Below, piece after piece: positions 24,631 through 37,375 of a stretch of 64,000 nucleotides of DNA. Where the stretch lies: assembly GCF_963921235.1 (NCBI RefSeq), contig NC_086105.1, positions 54,188,001 through 54,252,000 of the forward strand, given 5' to 3'. A model generated the notes under the pieces. That model did no database searches and was not told the origin of the DNA. It saw only the letters and a program-made list of their open reading frames with translations. Positions within the stretch are counted from its first letter, which is position 1, and each line of letters opens with the position of its first letter. The translations under genes and the position numbers were made by a program. Origin of the DNA: Mobula hypostoma (lineage: Eukaryota).

Positions 24631-26243
24631 CAGTGGATTCTGGTTAATCGGGCCATCAGTTAATAGGTGAAGCCACTTATTTTGGACAACACTTAATGAA
24701 CAAAAACTAAATCAAGAAAGTAGCCAAGATTCCCTTAATTCATTTGGGACACAATGTCACTTAATTAGGCAGCAGACGGTTGGTCATTGGCGCTTTTGTC
24801 ACTGTTAAGACTTCACCGTGCTTGGAACGACCAGTTTACACATGCTTGTGTGATGTTATGTTATCCACTTGAATGGACAGATTCAAAAAGCAGCAATTTT
24901 TGATGATTTTTAAAAAAGTTGTCTAATTGTCTTTTAAAAAAATTGAGATCGTTGCCAAATAAGCACCAACAGATTTGTCAATAGCCGAAAAAAATTACCT
25001 AGACCAAATTAAAACCCATCCACCCAACACCACTCAATGTGGGCTGGCAGAGATAACTGAGTGCCGAAATTGACAACTGCATCAGCAAGTTAAACTGTAA
25101 GAATGGGCATGACAAAAAGAATTATCCAAAAATAATGTGTGAAGGTGTTGGAGGCTCTCAATGGTTTTCCATTATAACTGGACAAGATGTGCATGATAAA
25201 GGACCAAATGTTAAAAAAGACAAGCCAGAGGGAGTAGCTAAGAAGCTGGGTAAAGAAGAATTTAAATGAACAGATGGCTGGTTATCTCAATGAAATGTCA
25301 GCACATTAAAGAAAGCACATGGTGAGAAAGGCAAAGCTGATGTTGCATATGTAGAAACAAGGAAATCTACAAACCTTCAAATTCAGTAATTTTACAGACA
25401 ATATCTGCAATGTCAATGAAATAGTTCTTTATAGTGTAGAATGTTTGAGAAACAGCCTTCCGGAATTTGTCTGACAATACAACATCCTTGGTGTAGCCAA
25501 TAGATATGTGAATCAAAAAATTTAAAGTTAGCGAACACATTAAAGAATTTGAAGAAAATCAATGACATCTTCAATAGCCTAGGAAGTGAGAGCAAAGTTT
25601 AATCTTTTACAGGCAGTATATTTTGTCAATAAAAGTTGGCAAGAAATAAGCAAGACAATTCAGAACTGTTTTGCTCAATGTAGTTTCAAGTGTTCAGGCT
25701 TAGAGATGCCAGAAATAGCTAAGAGTGAAAAGGAAATGATTTCACTACTTCAAGTTAGAAACTACAAAGAATTTGAAGGCATCAACAATCATCTTGAATA
25801 TTCTAAAGAAAATGAAGATTTGGAGGATGCAATCATTGAAAGCATTATATCAGAACACCAAGTGGGGAACGTTAAGACTAGGAAAGTGATGAGAATGACA
25901 CAATTGAACCTGAGCTTGACTACACAGGATGCCAGGAAATTATTTGGATTACAACACTGCTTCATGCAGGTAGACAATGAAGGCAATCCATTAGCTGCAT
26001 AGGTGTCTGCACTGGTTTTGTTCAAAGAATGTGCCAGCGTACACTTGACGAATTCCTCCATCTTTAAAGTAGTGGTAGTGTTCTAATTTGCTCTGTATTT
26101 AATTTAAATACAAACTATTCTTCAGTTAAACAGTACTTGTTCTTTTTTGTACCTAACTTTTCCATGAATCTTCTGCCAATTGGGGCAGCCACTCAACTGG
26201 GCCAAAACGTACTGGTCTCAACATGTCCGAATGGAATCCATTG
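24631..26243 (+). mobile_element. Tigger/pogo DNA transposon relic in AKR intron 7
   Basis: Terminal inverted repeat CAGTGGATTC...GAATCCATTG-TA. CENP-B-type HTH remnant (KKLGKEEFK.TDGWL). DDE_1 C-terminal motif NLLQAVYFVNKSWQEISKTIQNCF. Confidence 0.75.
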
Positions 26244-26340
26244 TATTTGAAATAAAATTAAAGTACATACGGTACAGCTACACGTAATGAACCAAAAAGC
26301 TAGAACTTGACACTGCTGCAGAGATTTAATAAGTTCCTAC

Positions 26341-26422
26341 TTGTGCAACTGACTTCCTATGGCGCTGTGCTATTTCCTGTAGCTTGGGATCCTCAAGGAG
26401 ATTAGGTTCATTTGGCTTTACC
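26341..26422 (-). CDS. akr1b1: AKR1B-like exon 7
   Basis: ttcag|(W)VKPNEPNLLEDPKLQEIAQRHRKSVAQ|gtagga. 82 nt, phase matches exon 6. Confidence 0.95.
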
Positions 26423-26569
26423 CTGAAATTAACGAAAGGAAATGGAATTAGTTGTGCAGAATCTCCTAGTAAGAACTTTCAGCAGCAATATATGATGCAT
26501 ATCGGTACAAGTGGCATGGAGAAGCTTAGCACAGAGGTAGATTGATTTTGAGATCCTCTAACTTTCCCA

Positions 26570-26893
26570 AAGATCACACCCACTTTCGACATTCTTCTCC
26601 CCTCTTCCGTCAGCCAAAAGATAGCACAGGCCTGAAAGCACATACCAGAGTCGAGGACAGTTTTTACCCTGCTCTTGTAAGACTATAAAATAGTTCCTTA
26701 GTACTACAAAATAAACCCGACTTCACAATCTACCTATGATCTTGCATCTCATTGTCTGCCCTACGCTTTCTCTCTAGGAGTTACATTATTCTGCATTTTG
26801 TATTGTTTTACCTTGTTCTTCCTCAAATTGATCTGAATGATTAGTATTCAAGACAAGTTTTCCACTGTACCTCAGTACAAGTGACAATAATAA
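26570..26893 (+). mobile_element. Rex1-like 3' end fragment
   Basis: FSPLPS..R...LKAHT...DSFYPA remnant and tail ttccactgtacctcagtacaagtgacaataataa. Confidence 0.6.
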
Positions 26894-27244
26894 GTGTGCA
26901 AAAATTGTAGCATGGTTTAAAAAAATTAGGGATTACTCAAAAATACATTATCTAATAAGAGCAAAGCAGAGATTATTTTTTGCAAATACATTTCTTAATG
27001 TACCAAGGATGAATCAATGGATGATCAGGTTTTGAAGAATATGGCAAATCAGATAGACAGTGTCAGGTAGGCACATGGCAAACAGTAATAATATTGTTTA
27101 GATTTAATAGAGAAGGACAATGGTCTTTCCATTATGTGTCCTCAAGATACACAGCTTTGCAGTTTGATTCTTTCATGTCAAGAGGTTGGCCAGATTACAC
27201 TGGAAATTTACTACAACTCTTTCTAAAGATTTGCAAAGATCTCT

Positions 27245-29570
27245 GAAGACCAGACCAGATTTATTAAAAATCATTATTCTCATTTTAACATTCGTTGTTT
27301 ACTGAATGTTATTTATTCTCCCTCTAAAGAAACTTTGGAATGCGTGATTTCTTTGGATGCTGAGAAAGCCTTTGACTGGGTTGAATGGAATTATTTACTT
27401 AAAATATTAGAAAAATTTAAATTTGGGTAAATTTTATTCAATGGATTAAATTACTTTATTCATCTCCCAATGCACAGGTTCTTATTAACTCTGAGCTCCA
27501 AACTATTTAACCTCCAACGTGGAACCAGACAAGAATGTCCTTTGAGTCCTTTGCTTTTTGTTTGGCTTTAGAGCTTTTAGCCATCGTGTTTCGAGAATCC
27601 ATTGACATCTCAGGTATTTTATGGAGGGGTATCACTCATAAGTTGTCACTTTATGCTAATGACCTTTTGCTCTACATCTCTAATGTGGAGTCCTCTCTAC
27701 CCTCAATACTCTTTACTTTCTGAATTTAGCCAGTTCTCAGGATATAAACTTAATCCTCATAAGAGTGAACTTTTTCCCTTGAATAATTTGGTATCAGTCA
27801 ACTCTGACCTTCCTTTTAAAATTTTGAGAAATCAATTTACTTATTTGGGTATAACAATTACTAGGAATTACAAATTTCTTTTTAAAGAAAACTCTCTCTC
27901 TCTTGGAATATATTAAGAAGGTACTATCAAATTGGTCTCCCCTTTCTTATCGCTGATTGGTCGTATTAATTCTACAAAAATGAATATTTTGCCTAAATTT
28001 TTTATAGTTATTTCAAGCCCTACCTGTTTTTATTCCTAAATCCTTTGACTCTTCAGATTCGATTTATATCTTCTTACTTATGGAAGAATAAAAACCCCCA
28101 ATTAAAAAAAGTTCATCTTCAGAAAAAAAAAGGGGGATTAGCCCTACCCAATTTTAGGTTTTACTACTGGGCAGTCAACATACGCCACTTTACGTTTTGG
28201 TTATACTACATTAATCGTGAAGACTGTCCAGTTTGGGTTTCTTCAGAAATTAATTCTGTTAATAAATGTTCTATTATTTCTCTTCTTGATCCTTTAATTC
28301 CTCTATCTTTACATAATTTAACTGATAATTATGTAGTTAAACATTTTTTGAGGATTTGGTTACAATTTAGAAAATTCTTTGGGTTATTTGGTTTTTCACT
28401 CCCATTTTTTCTAATTTTTTTTATACCTTCTTTGACCTATGTAGTTTTTAAAAGAGTGAAATAGACTAGGTATTAAATGTTTTCAGATCTGTTTGTTGGA
28501 GATGGTCATTCCTCATTTGATCAACTATTAATCTTCGTAAAGCTCACTTTTTTAGATATTTATAAATTAGAGACTTCTTGCATTCTCAACTTCATACATT
28601 TCCTAAATGTCCAGATAAGAACTTGATACAATTTTTACTTTGAAACCTTTTCATAATAGATCTATTTCTAATATTTATAGTATGTTGTTGGTAACGAGAA
28701 ACATTCCGTTAGACAAAATTAAAAACCTCTGGGAACAAGACCTACAGATTTCAATTGATGAGGATACTTGGAATGAAATTTTAAAACTTGTTCACACCTC
28801 TTCGTTATGTGCTCGTCACTCTCTTTTACAATTTAAAGTGGTTCAAAGAGCCTATATGACTAAAGATAACCTCTCTCGATTTTACTCAAGATTTTTCTCC
28901 ATACTGTAATAGGTGTAATATCGAAGAGGCCTCTCTAATTCATATGTTTTGGTCCTGCCCGCAGCTTGATAAATTTTGGAAAGAAGTATTTCAAACTTTC
29001 TCAGAGCTTTTTAAAAGTAAACTTTAAATCCAACCCCGACTGTCTTGTTTCGCATTGTTGGAGGAAATGATTTTACTCTTAAGCCAAATGATTTGCATAT
29101 TTTGGCTTTAATTTCTCTTGTAGCCAGAAGAGTTTTGTTGCTTAAATGGAAAGATGCCACTCCGCCTACTCATGTCCATTGGTTGATTGATGTTATGTCA
29201 CGTTTAAATCTGGAGAAGATTAGGTGTTCTGTTTCTATACCTAGACAAGATTTTTTCACATTATGGGGACCTTTTTGGAACTACTTTCACAATTTTCGAT
29301 TTGGCTATTATAGCAATGATGATGGCTATTATATGTTTGAATTTACGACTATATGTCAGATTTTTTTTTCTTGTAACCAAATAGCTTTTTTTTCCTTCGT
29401 TTTTGGTTTGTTATGGCATTTTGATTGTTTTAGATTAGAATAAAATATACCTTTTCAATATTATGGTTAGTTACTATACATAGTTATGGGGCACTTCAAT
29501 CTTGTTTCTGTTTCCATAATGTATTTTGTATTCGTCTATGTAAGTAATTAATAAAAATATTGAAAAAGAA
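27245..29570 (+). mobile_element. 5'-truncated L1-clade LINE in AKR intron 6 (antisense to the gene)
   Basis: SLDAEKAFDWVEW, GTRQECPLSPLLF, LSLYANDLLLY, SGYKLN, GGLALPNFRFYYWA. AATAAA and A-rich tail at ~29550. Confidence 0.9.
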
Positions 29571-29643
29571 AGTTGTCTTTATAAAATAAACTACAATATT
29601 AGCAATTTCTCATTACTAAAATAGGAGCAAATTACGTTAGTAC

Positions 29644-29750
29644 CATGGTCTGTCTGGAGATCCCAATGGACTATAGGCTGTCACAACAATATTGTTAGAA
29701 GTGCAATAGGAGATCAGATCTTCTTGAGTTAGATAAGGGTGGCACTCAAT
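29644..29750 (-). CDS. akr1b1: AKR1B-like exon 6
   Basis: ctag|[35 protein letters not shown](W)|gtacta. 107 nt, ends in phase 2. Confidence 0.96.
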
Positions 29751-29878
29751 CTAGTAAAACAAAAAAGAACACAATAAATGTTGATGAGAAATTTTCACAG
29801 AAAAAGGTAGTGTCAATAAATGCCATACTGAAAATAAGTGAACTTCTATAATGCCAAATTTTAAAAGTGATCAATTAC

Positions 29879-30001
29879 CTGGTTGACAGCCGGTCTGTAT
29901 TTCAAATTTTTTTTATTAAGGATGCGCTCTATCTGCTTACGATTAAAATTGGACACCCCTATAGCTTTAACCATATTTAGATCCACCAATTCTTCCATTG
30001 C
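29879..30001 (-). CDS. akr1b1: AKR1B-like exon 5
   Basis: tacag|[41 protein letters not shown]|gtaatt. 123 nt. IGVSNF signature. Confidence 0.96.
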
Positions 30002-30200
30002 CTGTAAATGGAAAATGATTATAATTAACAGTCAGATCAATTTAAATTTTAGACTGAAAACCATCCAGAATAATGTTTCAAGCAACTGAAGTCAAGGGAC
30101 CAATCTAACAACAAGAGCTTTAAGGAGGAAACATATTACAAGTTTAATTTCTAGATAAATCTAGTAACAATAAACTTAGATTCTTCAGTTACATACTCAC

Positions 30201-30278
30201 TTCCCAAGTGTCAACAAAATCTGTGTCACTTGGTATTACCATCCCATTCCCATCAAGAGGAAATTTCTCCAGGCCAGC
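30201..30278 (-). CDS. akr1b1: AKR1B-like exon 4
   Basis: ttttag|AGLEKFPLDGNGMVIPSDTDFVDTWE|gtgagt. 78 nt. Confidence 0.95.
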
Positions 30279-30819
30279 CTAAAAGGAGATATTTTAGAAA
30301 CAAGAACAAAAAGCATGACTTAAATTACTGAGAAAGGAGGTAGACCCAAGTAGGTTAATACATGCCAACATTTAAGAGCTGTTTGCAAGTTTGCCTTTGG
30401 TTTGTTTTCATTTATATTACAGAATATACTTCATGTCCAAGTCTTATCAAATTGTATTCACTACATATCCCTTGACATTACTCAACAAGAGGAACACATT
30501 GGCATGCAAGGGCACGGGTCCTGTGTTTCTTCTAACTGGGCCAAAGAGGCTGTTCTGCATTGTATGTTCGATGTTCCAGTATGGCTTGCTACTACCTAGC
30601 AATGTTCCTATGAGTCACTTCAATGTAATTCAGTTGGCTTAGATTTCTCATAAATGAATTTTAAAAAACCTCAAGTACAGTACCTGACCCCCCAAAATTT
30701 ACTCATTTTAAACAACCCACTGAGTACTTGGCTATCTAAGGGTCCAAATAATTTAACTCGAGCAGTGTGCAAATTAACCTAGAGAAAGATATACAAAATT
30801 GTTTTGCCAGGCAGTTTAC

Positions 30820-30936
30820 CTTGAATCCCATAGGCCAATGAATAAGGTACAGATCCAGATAGTCCAATTTCAGGTCACTTAATGTGTTAGAACAGGCATC
30901 CTTCACCAGGTCTTTGGCATGAAATGTACACCACAG
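30820..30936 (-). CDS. akr1b1: AKR1B-like exon 3
   Basis: ctag|[39 protein letters not shown]|gtaaac. 117 nt. Catalytic His in LIHW. Confidence 0.96.
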
Positions 30937-31027
30937 CTAGCAGGAAAACAAAACTATTCATTAGTGCATTGATATTGCTAAAGTTAAATTATACTTTAGC
31001 GACCTGGCAGCACCCCAAATCCTTTAC

Positions 31028-31195
31028 CTTGCTAACAATGAAAAGATCTTCACGCTTTACAGTTCCATCCTTGATCTTCGCCTGAATAGCTTCACCAACT
31101 CCTTTTTCATTGTCATACACAAATGCATCATCAATGTGACGATAACCAGCTTCAATGGCCGTTTTCACTGCTGCTGTCACTTTACCTAGTTCAGA
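31028..31195 (-). CDS. akr1b1: AKR1B-like exon 2
   Basis: ttcag|[56 protein letters not shown]|gtaaag. 168 nt. Carries the catalytic Asp, Tyr and Lys. Confidence 0.96.
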
Positions 31196-32388
31196 CTGAA
31201 AAGAAAAGTGCTTCTAATTAAAATTCAAATGGTAAGGCAAAGCCAAATGAAACAAATATAAATGGCACTCAATTCAAATTTAAGCATTTCAAAACAGCAA
31301 AGCTAAAAACATTCTTCCAACATCCTCTTTAGCCTAGAATTTAACCAAGCTCTACCAGAGCAGATCACAAGTCAGGTATCTTTTTTTTTGAGTGACACCT
31401 CCTGACAAAACCTTTCCAACTACCAGCCACAAGTAAGAAATAAAAAGGCAAAGGACAGCTGCATTTACACTTGGGAAGCTTGACATCAGTGGTAGCAGAC
31501 AATGACTTCCAACTCATTCACCAGTCTAGACATGCCCAATCCCACCAGAACTGAAACGCAAAGTATCCATAAAATAGTTAAGTCTTCTAGGTCACTCCAT
31601 CAGCACCTCTCTAAAGCACAAACTTTATCACTGAGACAAGGACAGTAAGTGATGAGAACATGGCCAAATGCAAGTTCACATGGAAAAAAAAATTATATCC
31701 CCTCCCCCCACAGTCACTGGGCCTTGAACTCTAACCAAAAGAACTATTTGAAGTACCTCTCCAGAACAACCACTGAGCCTCAAGATGGTGGATGAGCATC
31801 ACCACTAAAGGCAACAGGTTGTCTCTGCTACTACAACCAACAAGCCATAAAATGGGTGAAATCAGGACTGTTGAAGGGCCTCAGCCCAAAACATTGACTG
31901 TTTACTCTTTTGCATAGATGCTGCCCAGCTTGCTGCATTATCCAGCATTGAGTGTGATTTCTAGTATCTACAGATTTTGTGTTTGAAAATCCTAAGGATA
32001 CTGCTTACAGCAGACTTTAGGTTCTGTTAGTAATACAGCAAATCTGCCCTGCCATACACCAAACTTTTCTAGCACAGTCTTAATCCTGACACTCAGCCAA
32101 CCAAAAGCATTACCAAGTACTAAAAGGATCCCTTGACAATGCTATCAAGTGCCATTCTAGAAGCAGCAGGTGAAGTGACTCAAGTCTATTCACCATTTGA
32201 AGATAACAGCTCAATGGCTGACTGGATATTAGCTTGACCTCCAATTTGCTGCCCAAACCCAATTCCACCAGAACCCAGAAATCTGTTTCAGGCTTAAACA
32301 TATCCAATAATGCAACCTTCTCAGTACTCTGGAAAGTAGGATGCCAGGGACTTACAATCCTCATACAAGATTCCTCATTGTAATTTTT

Positions 32389-34023
32389 GGCTCCTCCCAC
32401 TTCCTCCAAACTAAAGGTGTAGCTATGGGCACCCGTATGGGTCCTAGCTATGCCTGCCTTTTTGTTGGGTTTGTGGAACAATCTATGTTCCGTGCCTATT
32501 CCGGTATCTGTCCCCCACTTTTCCTTCGCTACATCGACGACTACATTGGCGCTGCTTCCTGCACGCATGCAGAACTCGTTGACTTTATTAACTTTGCCTC
32601 CAACTTTCACCCTGCCCTCAAGTTTACCTGCTCCATTTCTGACACCTCCCTCCCCTTTCTAGATCTTTCTGTCTGTCTCTGGAGACAGCTTATCCACTGA
32701 TGTCTACTATAAGCCTACTGACTCTCACAGCTATCTGGACTATTCCTCTTCTCACCCTGTCTCTTGCAAAAACGCCATCCCCTTCTCGCAATTCCTCCGT
32801 CTCCGCCGCATCTGCTCTCAGGATGAGGCTTTTCATTCTAGGACGAGGGAGATGTCTTCCTTTTTTAAAGAAAGGGGCTTCCCTTCCTCCACTATCAACT
32901 CTGCTCTTAAACGCATCTCCCCCATTTCACGTACATCTGCTCTCACTCCATCCTCCCACCACCCCACTAGGAATAGGGTTCCCCTGGTCCTCACCTACCA
33001 CCCCACCAGCCTCCGGGTCCAACATATTATTCTCCGTAACTTCCGCCACCTCCAACGGGATCCCACCACTAAGCACATCTTTCCCTCCCCCCCTCTCTCT
33101 ACATTCCGCAGGGATCGCTCCCTACACAACTCCCTTGTCCATTCGTCCCCCCCCATCCCTCCCCACTGATCTCCCTCCTGGCACTTATCCGTGTAAGCAG
33201 AACAAGTGCTACACAAGCCCTTACATTTCCTCCCTTACCACCATTCAGGGCCCCAAACAGTCCTTCCAGGTGAGGCATCACTTCACCTGTGAGTCGACTG
33301 GGGTGATATAACTGCGTCCGGTGCTCCCGATGTGGCCTTTTATATATTGGCGAGACCCGACGCAGACTGGGAGACCGCTTTGCTGAACATCTACGCTCTG
33401 TCCGCCAGAGAAAGCAGGATCTCCCAGTGGCCACACATTTTAATTCCACGTCCCATTCCGACATGTCTATCCACGGCCTCCTCTACTGTAAAGATGAAGC
33501 CACACTCAGGTTGGAGGAACAACACCTTATATTCCATCTGGGTAGCGTCCAACCTGATGGCATGAACATCGACTTCTCTAACTTCCGCTAAGGCCCCACC
33601 TCCCCCTCGTACCCCATCTGTTACTCATTTTTATGCACACATTCTTTCTCTCACTCTCCTTTTTCTCCCTCTGTCCCTCTGAATATACCTCTTGCCCATC
33701 CTCTGGGTCACCCCCCCCCTGTCGTTCTTCCCGGACCTCCTGTCCCATGATCCTCTCGTATCCCCTTTTGCCTATCACCTGTCCAGCTCTCGGCTCTATC
33801 CCTCCCCCTCCTGTCTTGTCCTATCATTTTGGATCTCCCCCTCCCCCTCCAACTTTCAAATCCCTTACTCACTCTTCCTTCAGTTAGTCCTGACGAAGGT
33901 TCTCGGCCTGAAACGTCGACTGCACCTCTTCCTACAGATGCTGCTTGGCTTGCTGCGTTCACCAGCAACTTTGATGTATGTTGCTTGAATTTCCAGCATC
34001 TGCAGAATTCCTGTTGTTTGTGT
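32389..34023 (+). mobile_element. Penelope-like element (RT C-half, GIY-YIG endonuclease, pseudo-LTR) in AKR intron 1
   Basis: GVAMGTRMGPSYA, LRYIDD, GVIY..RC..CGLLYIGETRRRLGDRFAEH. Near-perfect 14-bp TSD TCATTGTA(A/G)TTTTT at 32375 and 34024. Confidence 0.92.
33886..33921 (+). ncRNA. Minimal type I hammerhead ribozyme motif in the Penelope pseudo-LTR
   Basis: AGTC-CTGACGA-AGGT(TCTCG)GCCT-GAAA-CGTC-GACT: both core boxes, helix I AGTC/GACT, helix II, and a palindromic helix III, as known for Penelope-like elements. Confidence 0.7.
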
Positions 34024-36984
34024 TCATTGTAGTTTTTCCCACTTATTCTGAACGTTCATCTCTGCCCAATCAGTTTTTCCATAGAAGGCAACATCTTCAG
34101 TATCCTGCTTCATAACTTCTTCAGCATATTATTTCAGTATCACCTCCATTTAGATCCTGACTGCTTAATACTTCTTCATAAGACAAGCCCTTCATTCCAA
34201 GAATCCACTTACCAATACTTTTGCACCATCAGAGCCACTTGTTTCAGAGCTAATTTACAATCTTGGTCCTAATACAGAGAAGATGGAAAAGACAAATTCC
34301 AGAGATAATACAAGAGATTTGACACAATAGATGCAACATGACTAAGTGCAACATCAAGGAGTCCAAATAAAATTGCACCAATAAGAATGAAGATATGAAC
34401 TCTCCAATCTCTATTCATATCTGAAAGAAGCTGGTTCTGATTGCTAGAGGTTAATCATTTCAACTCCAGAGCATCATTTCAGGAGGCATCAGAGCTATCT
34501 TCAGCTTGTTTAATGACATTTTCTTCACAAGGTCAGAAGTGAAGATTTTCTTTAACATTCGCTTAGTGTGCAGTTCCATTTGTTACTCCTCAGCTAACGA
34601 GGTGGTCCATGCCCACAGCCACCATGACCTAAATGGCACTGGGTATAATTGGCCAGTAAGGTTTGTGCCACACAAGAATCAGGCATCAACCATCAGCAGC
34701 AAGTCTGACCACTTTTATAATTTCAACTGCAGTATTATTACTGCATTCCCTTCTCAATATGCTGAGCATCAGCCCTGTCCAGAAACACTCTGACCAGATA
34801 CAGCAAGTTTAGTTATGTGAAGTGTCATTATCTTGGATAGTACTTTGATAATCTGACAGTTACCAATTGTGGCCAGATTCGAGCAGAGGTTGGGCACCCT
34901 ATGATCACCAAGTGACCACCTGACTCCTGAACACCTTAATAACTGATTAACTAATAACAGGTGAAATGTATGGTATTTGTTGTTTTCCTGGATAAATGCA
35001 ATTGTCGCAATATCCATGGAATAGGTCAAGCAGTAGGGCAAGACCCCAAGCCTGTTCTGCCATCTAAATACCTAGTTTTCCCACCCAATTCCCCCATCTC
35101 TCTCACAATAGAATTCAGGAACTTACAGAATCTTAACCTTTGACATGTTCAACAGCTGCACAGCCACAGCTCAAGAGTATAATCTTTTATTTTAAGAAAT
35201 CAATCCTCAAGTGAGGAACTTCCAGCTGACTTCATTAGCCAGTCCCTAATCCCAAAACAAAATCTCAGATTTAGTAATCCCAGCCATCAGAAAGTACCAA
35301 AGGAATAAACCTATCAACATTGACAATTTCCTTCCTAATCATATCTTAGCATTTCCTGAAATCATAAAAATTCTGCTCTATGTCTCCTCATGGAACAGCT
35401 TTCTCATCCCAACACATCTTAAGATCCTTTGTTGCATTGCTTTCAAGCTAAATATGGTTGAGATAAACAGACAATAAATCACATAGTAATCATGCCATAC
35501 AGCTTTACTAATTCAATTGCTTGCTAACCAGACAAAAACATCTCATTTCACTTAACCACACTCAATTTTTTCTAAAAACTGAGCATTCTACAAGTGAGTG
35601 GCTTCTTCAAAATCCTCACATTAAACCACTCTGCCACATTCTTGCCTATCCACCTGTATCCTCTTCTAACTTGTGTACTTTAACTTAAACTTCCTTACAC
35701 AAGTTTTACATCACCAGTACGCTTGCATATATTAAGATCAGGTATCCAGTTGTAGACAACAAATAACCAAAGCTCAATTACTGATCCTGACAGGTACCCA
35801 GTAATTATTTTTTGTCACTGTTAAAAATCTCCCTTCAGCTTTTATTCTGTAATGTCTAACCATGTCAAAATATTTACCTCAACCTCGAGCCCTTTCTTAC
35901 ATAACACCTTTACCTGGCACCTTATCAAAATTCCTTTCAAAAATTTCTTTCATATAACCAAGGTCACTGTACTACCAATGTTATTCAAATATTTCAATTA
36001 GATCCTTCAAAACGAAAGTCAAGATGTTATACAACACAGAACAAGACCCCACCCCCCAACATCACATCCAGACTAAAGTTATTCTCTCCACCGCCACGAC
36101 ACAAGGATTTTGTTAATCAAAAGTTAGAGCAATTCACTATAGCTCATCTATACTGCCAATTCAGGGAACACAGTTTTGACTTTGAACTTATAATAATTTA
36201 TGGAAAATTACTGACTTGCTCCCACACTGTCCAATTTTGCTTTGATGCTTGTATATGCACATAGCAGTTCAAACCTACAACACTTCTCACTTCGATTTTA
36301 TTCTTTCCTCTATTACTTCAACTTTGAAGGCTGACATCCCTATTCATAAGCTTCACTTGTGGTGCTTGCTACTATAAGAAAATCACCAAGCTCTTCTGTG
36401 CAAGACTCAGTGGCTCTAACATCCATCTTTTGTCTTCATTTCCTCTTCAAAACAATATTTGCTGCCACTTGCATATTTCTCTCTGCACGTCCACAGTTCA
36501 ACTTGCAGAGGCTTAAGCCTTTCTTCAGCATAAATTGCCATTACAGTCAATACTTGTACCTTCATTTTCTGCACTCCCCTCCCCTACACTTTTGCCTGCT
36601 TCTTCAATTCTTTCATTTGTGCATGACTTACTCTTGCAAGATACATCTACAATGTACAAACAATCCTCCCTACATACAGCACCAAAACCTAATGGAATAG
36701 AAAGCCATTTCATCAATCTTGCCCATGCCAGTAGGAAAAGATCCACCCATTTGAATTCCACATGTCAGCAAATGATCAGCTTAAGTGTAACAAGCCTCTA
36801 TCATCTGTTCAGGTATTGTTCTATATTAGTACCATCATCATTTGGGTTAAAATTAATATCCACTCAACATACTTGAAAACTATTCTCTTGGCTTTCATCC
36901 CTGTTGACAAATGGTTCTATACTATGCTGGTATCTCAATTAAAAAAAAGTTTCTTCCTAGCTTCCTCAGTGCCAAATAATTTGA

Positions 36985-37375
36985 ACCATCTGATTGAACT
37001 TGGCCTTTTTTCCTTGGAGCAACGGAGGATGAAAGGTGACCTGATAGAGGTGTACAAGATAATGCAAGACATTGATCATGTGGAAGGCCAGAGGCTTTTT
37101 CCCAGGGTTGAAGTAAGACAAGGGGCACAGTTTCAAGGTGCTTGCATGTAGCACAAGGAGGATGCCAGAGACAAGTTTTTCCACAGAGTAGTGGGTGCAT
37201 GGAATGCACTGCCAGCAAAGGTGGTAGAGACAGATACAACAGGGTCTTCTAAGAGACTCTTAGATAGATATACAGAAAGAAAAATAGAAGGCTGTGCGGT
37301 TGGATACATGGGTGACTCAAGATTGTAGGCCAAAGGGCCTGTAATTGTAGGACTAATGTGCTGTAGATTTGTGTT
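36985..37375 (+). mobile_element. CR1 3' end fragment
   Basis: ELGLFSLEQRRMKGDLIEVYKIM plus 3' UTR. Confidence 0.8.
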
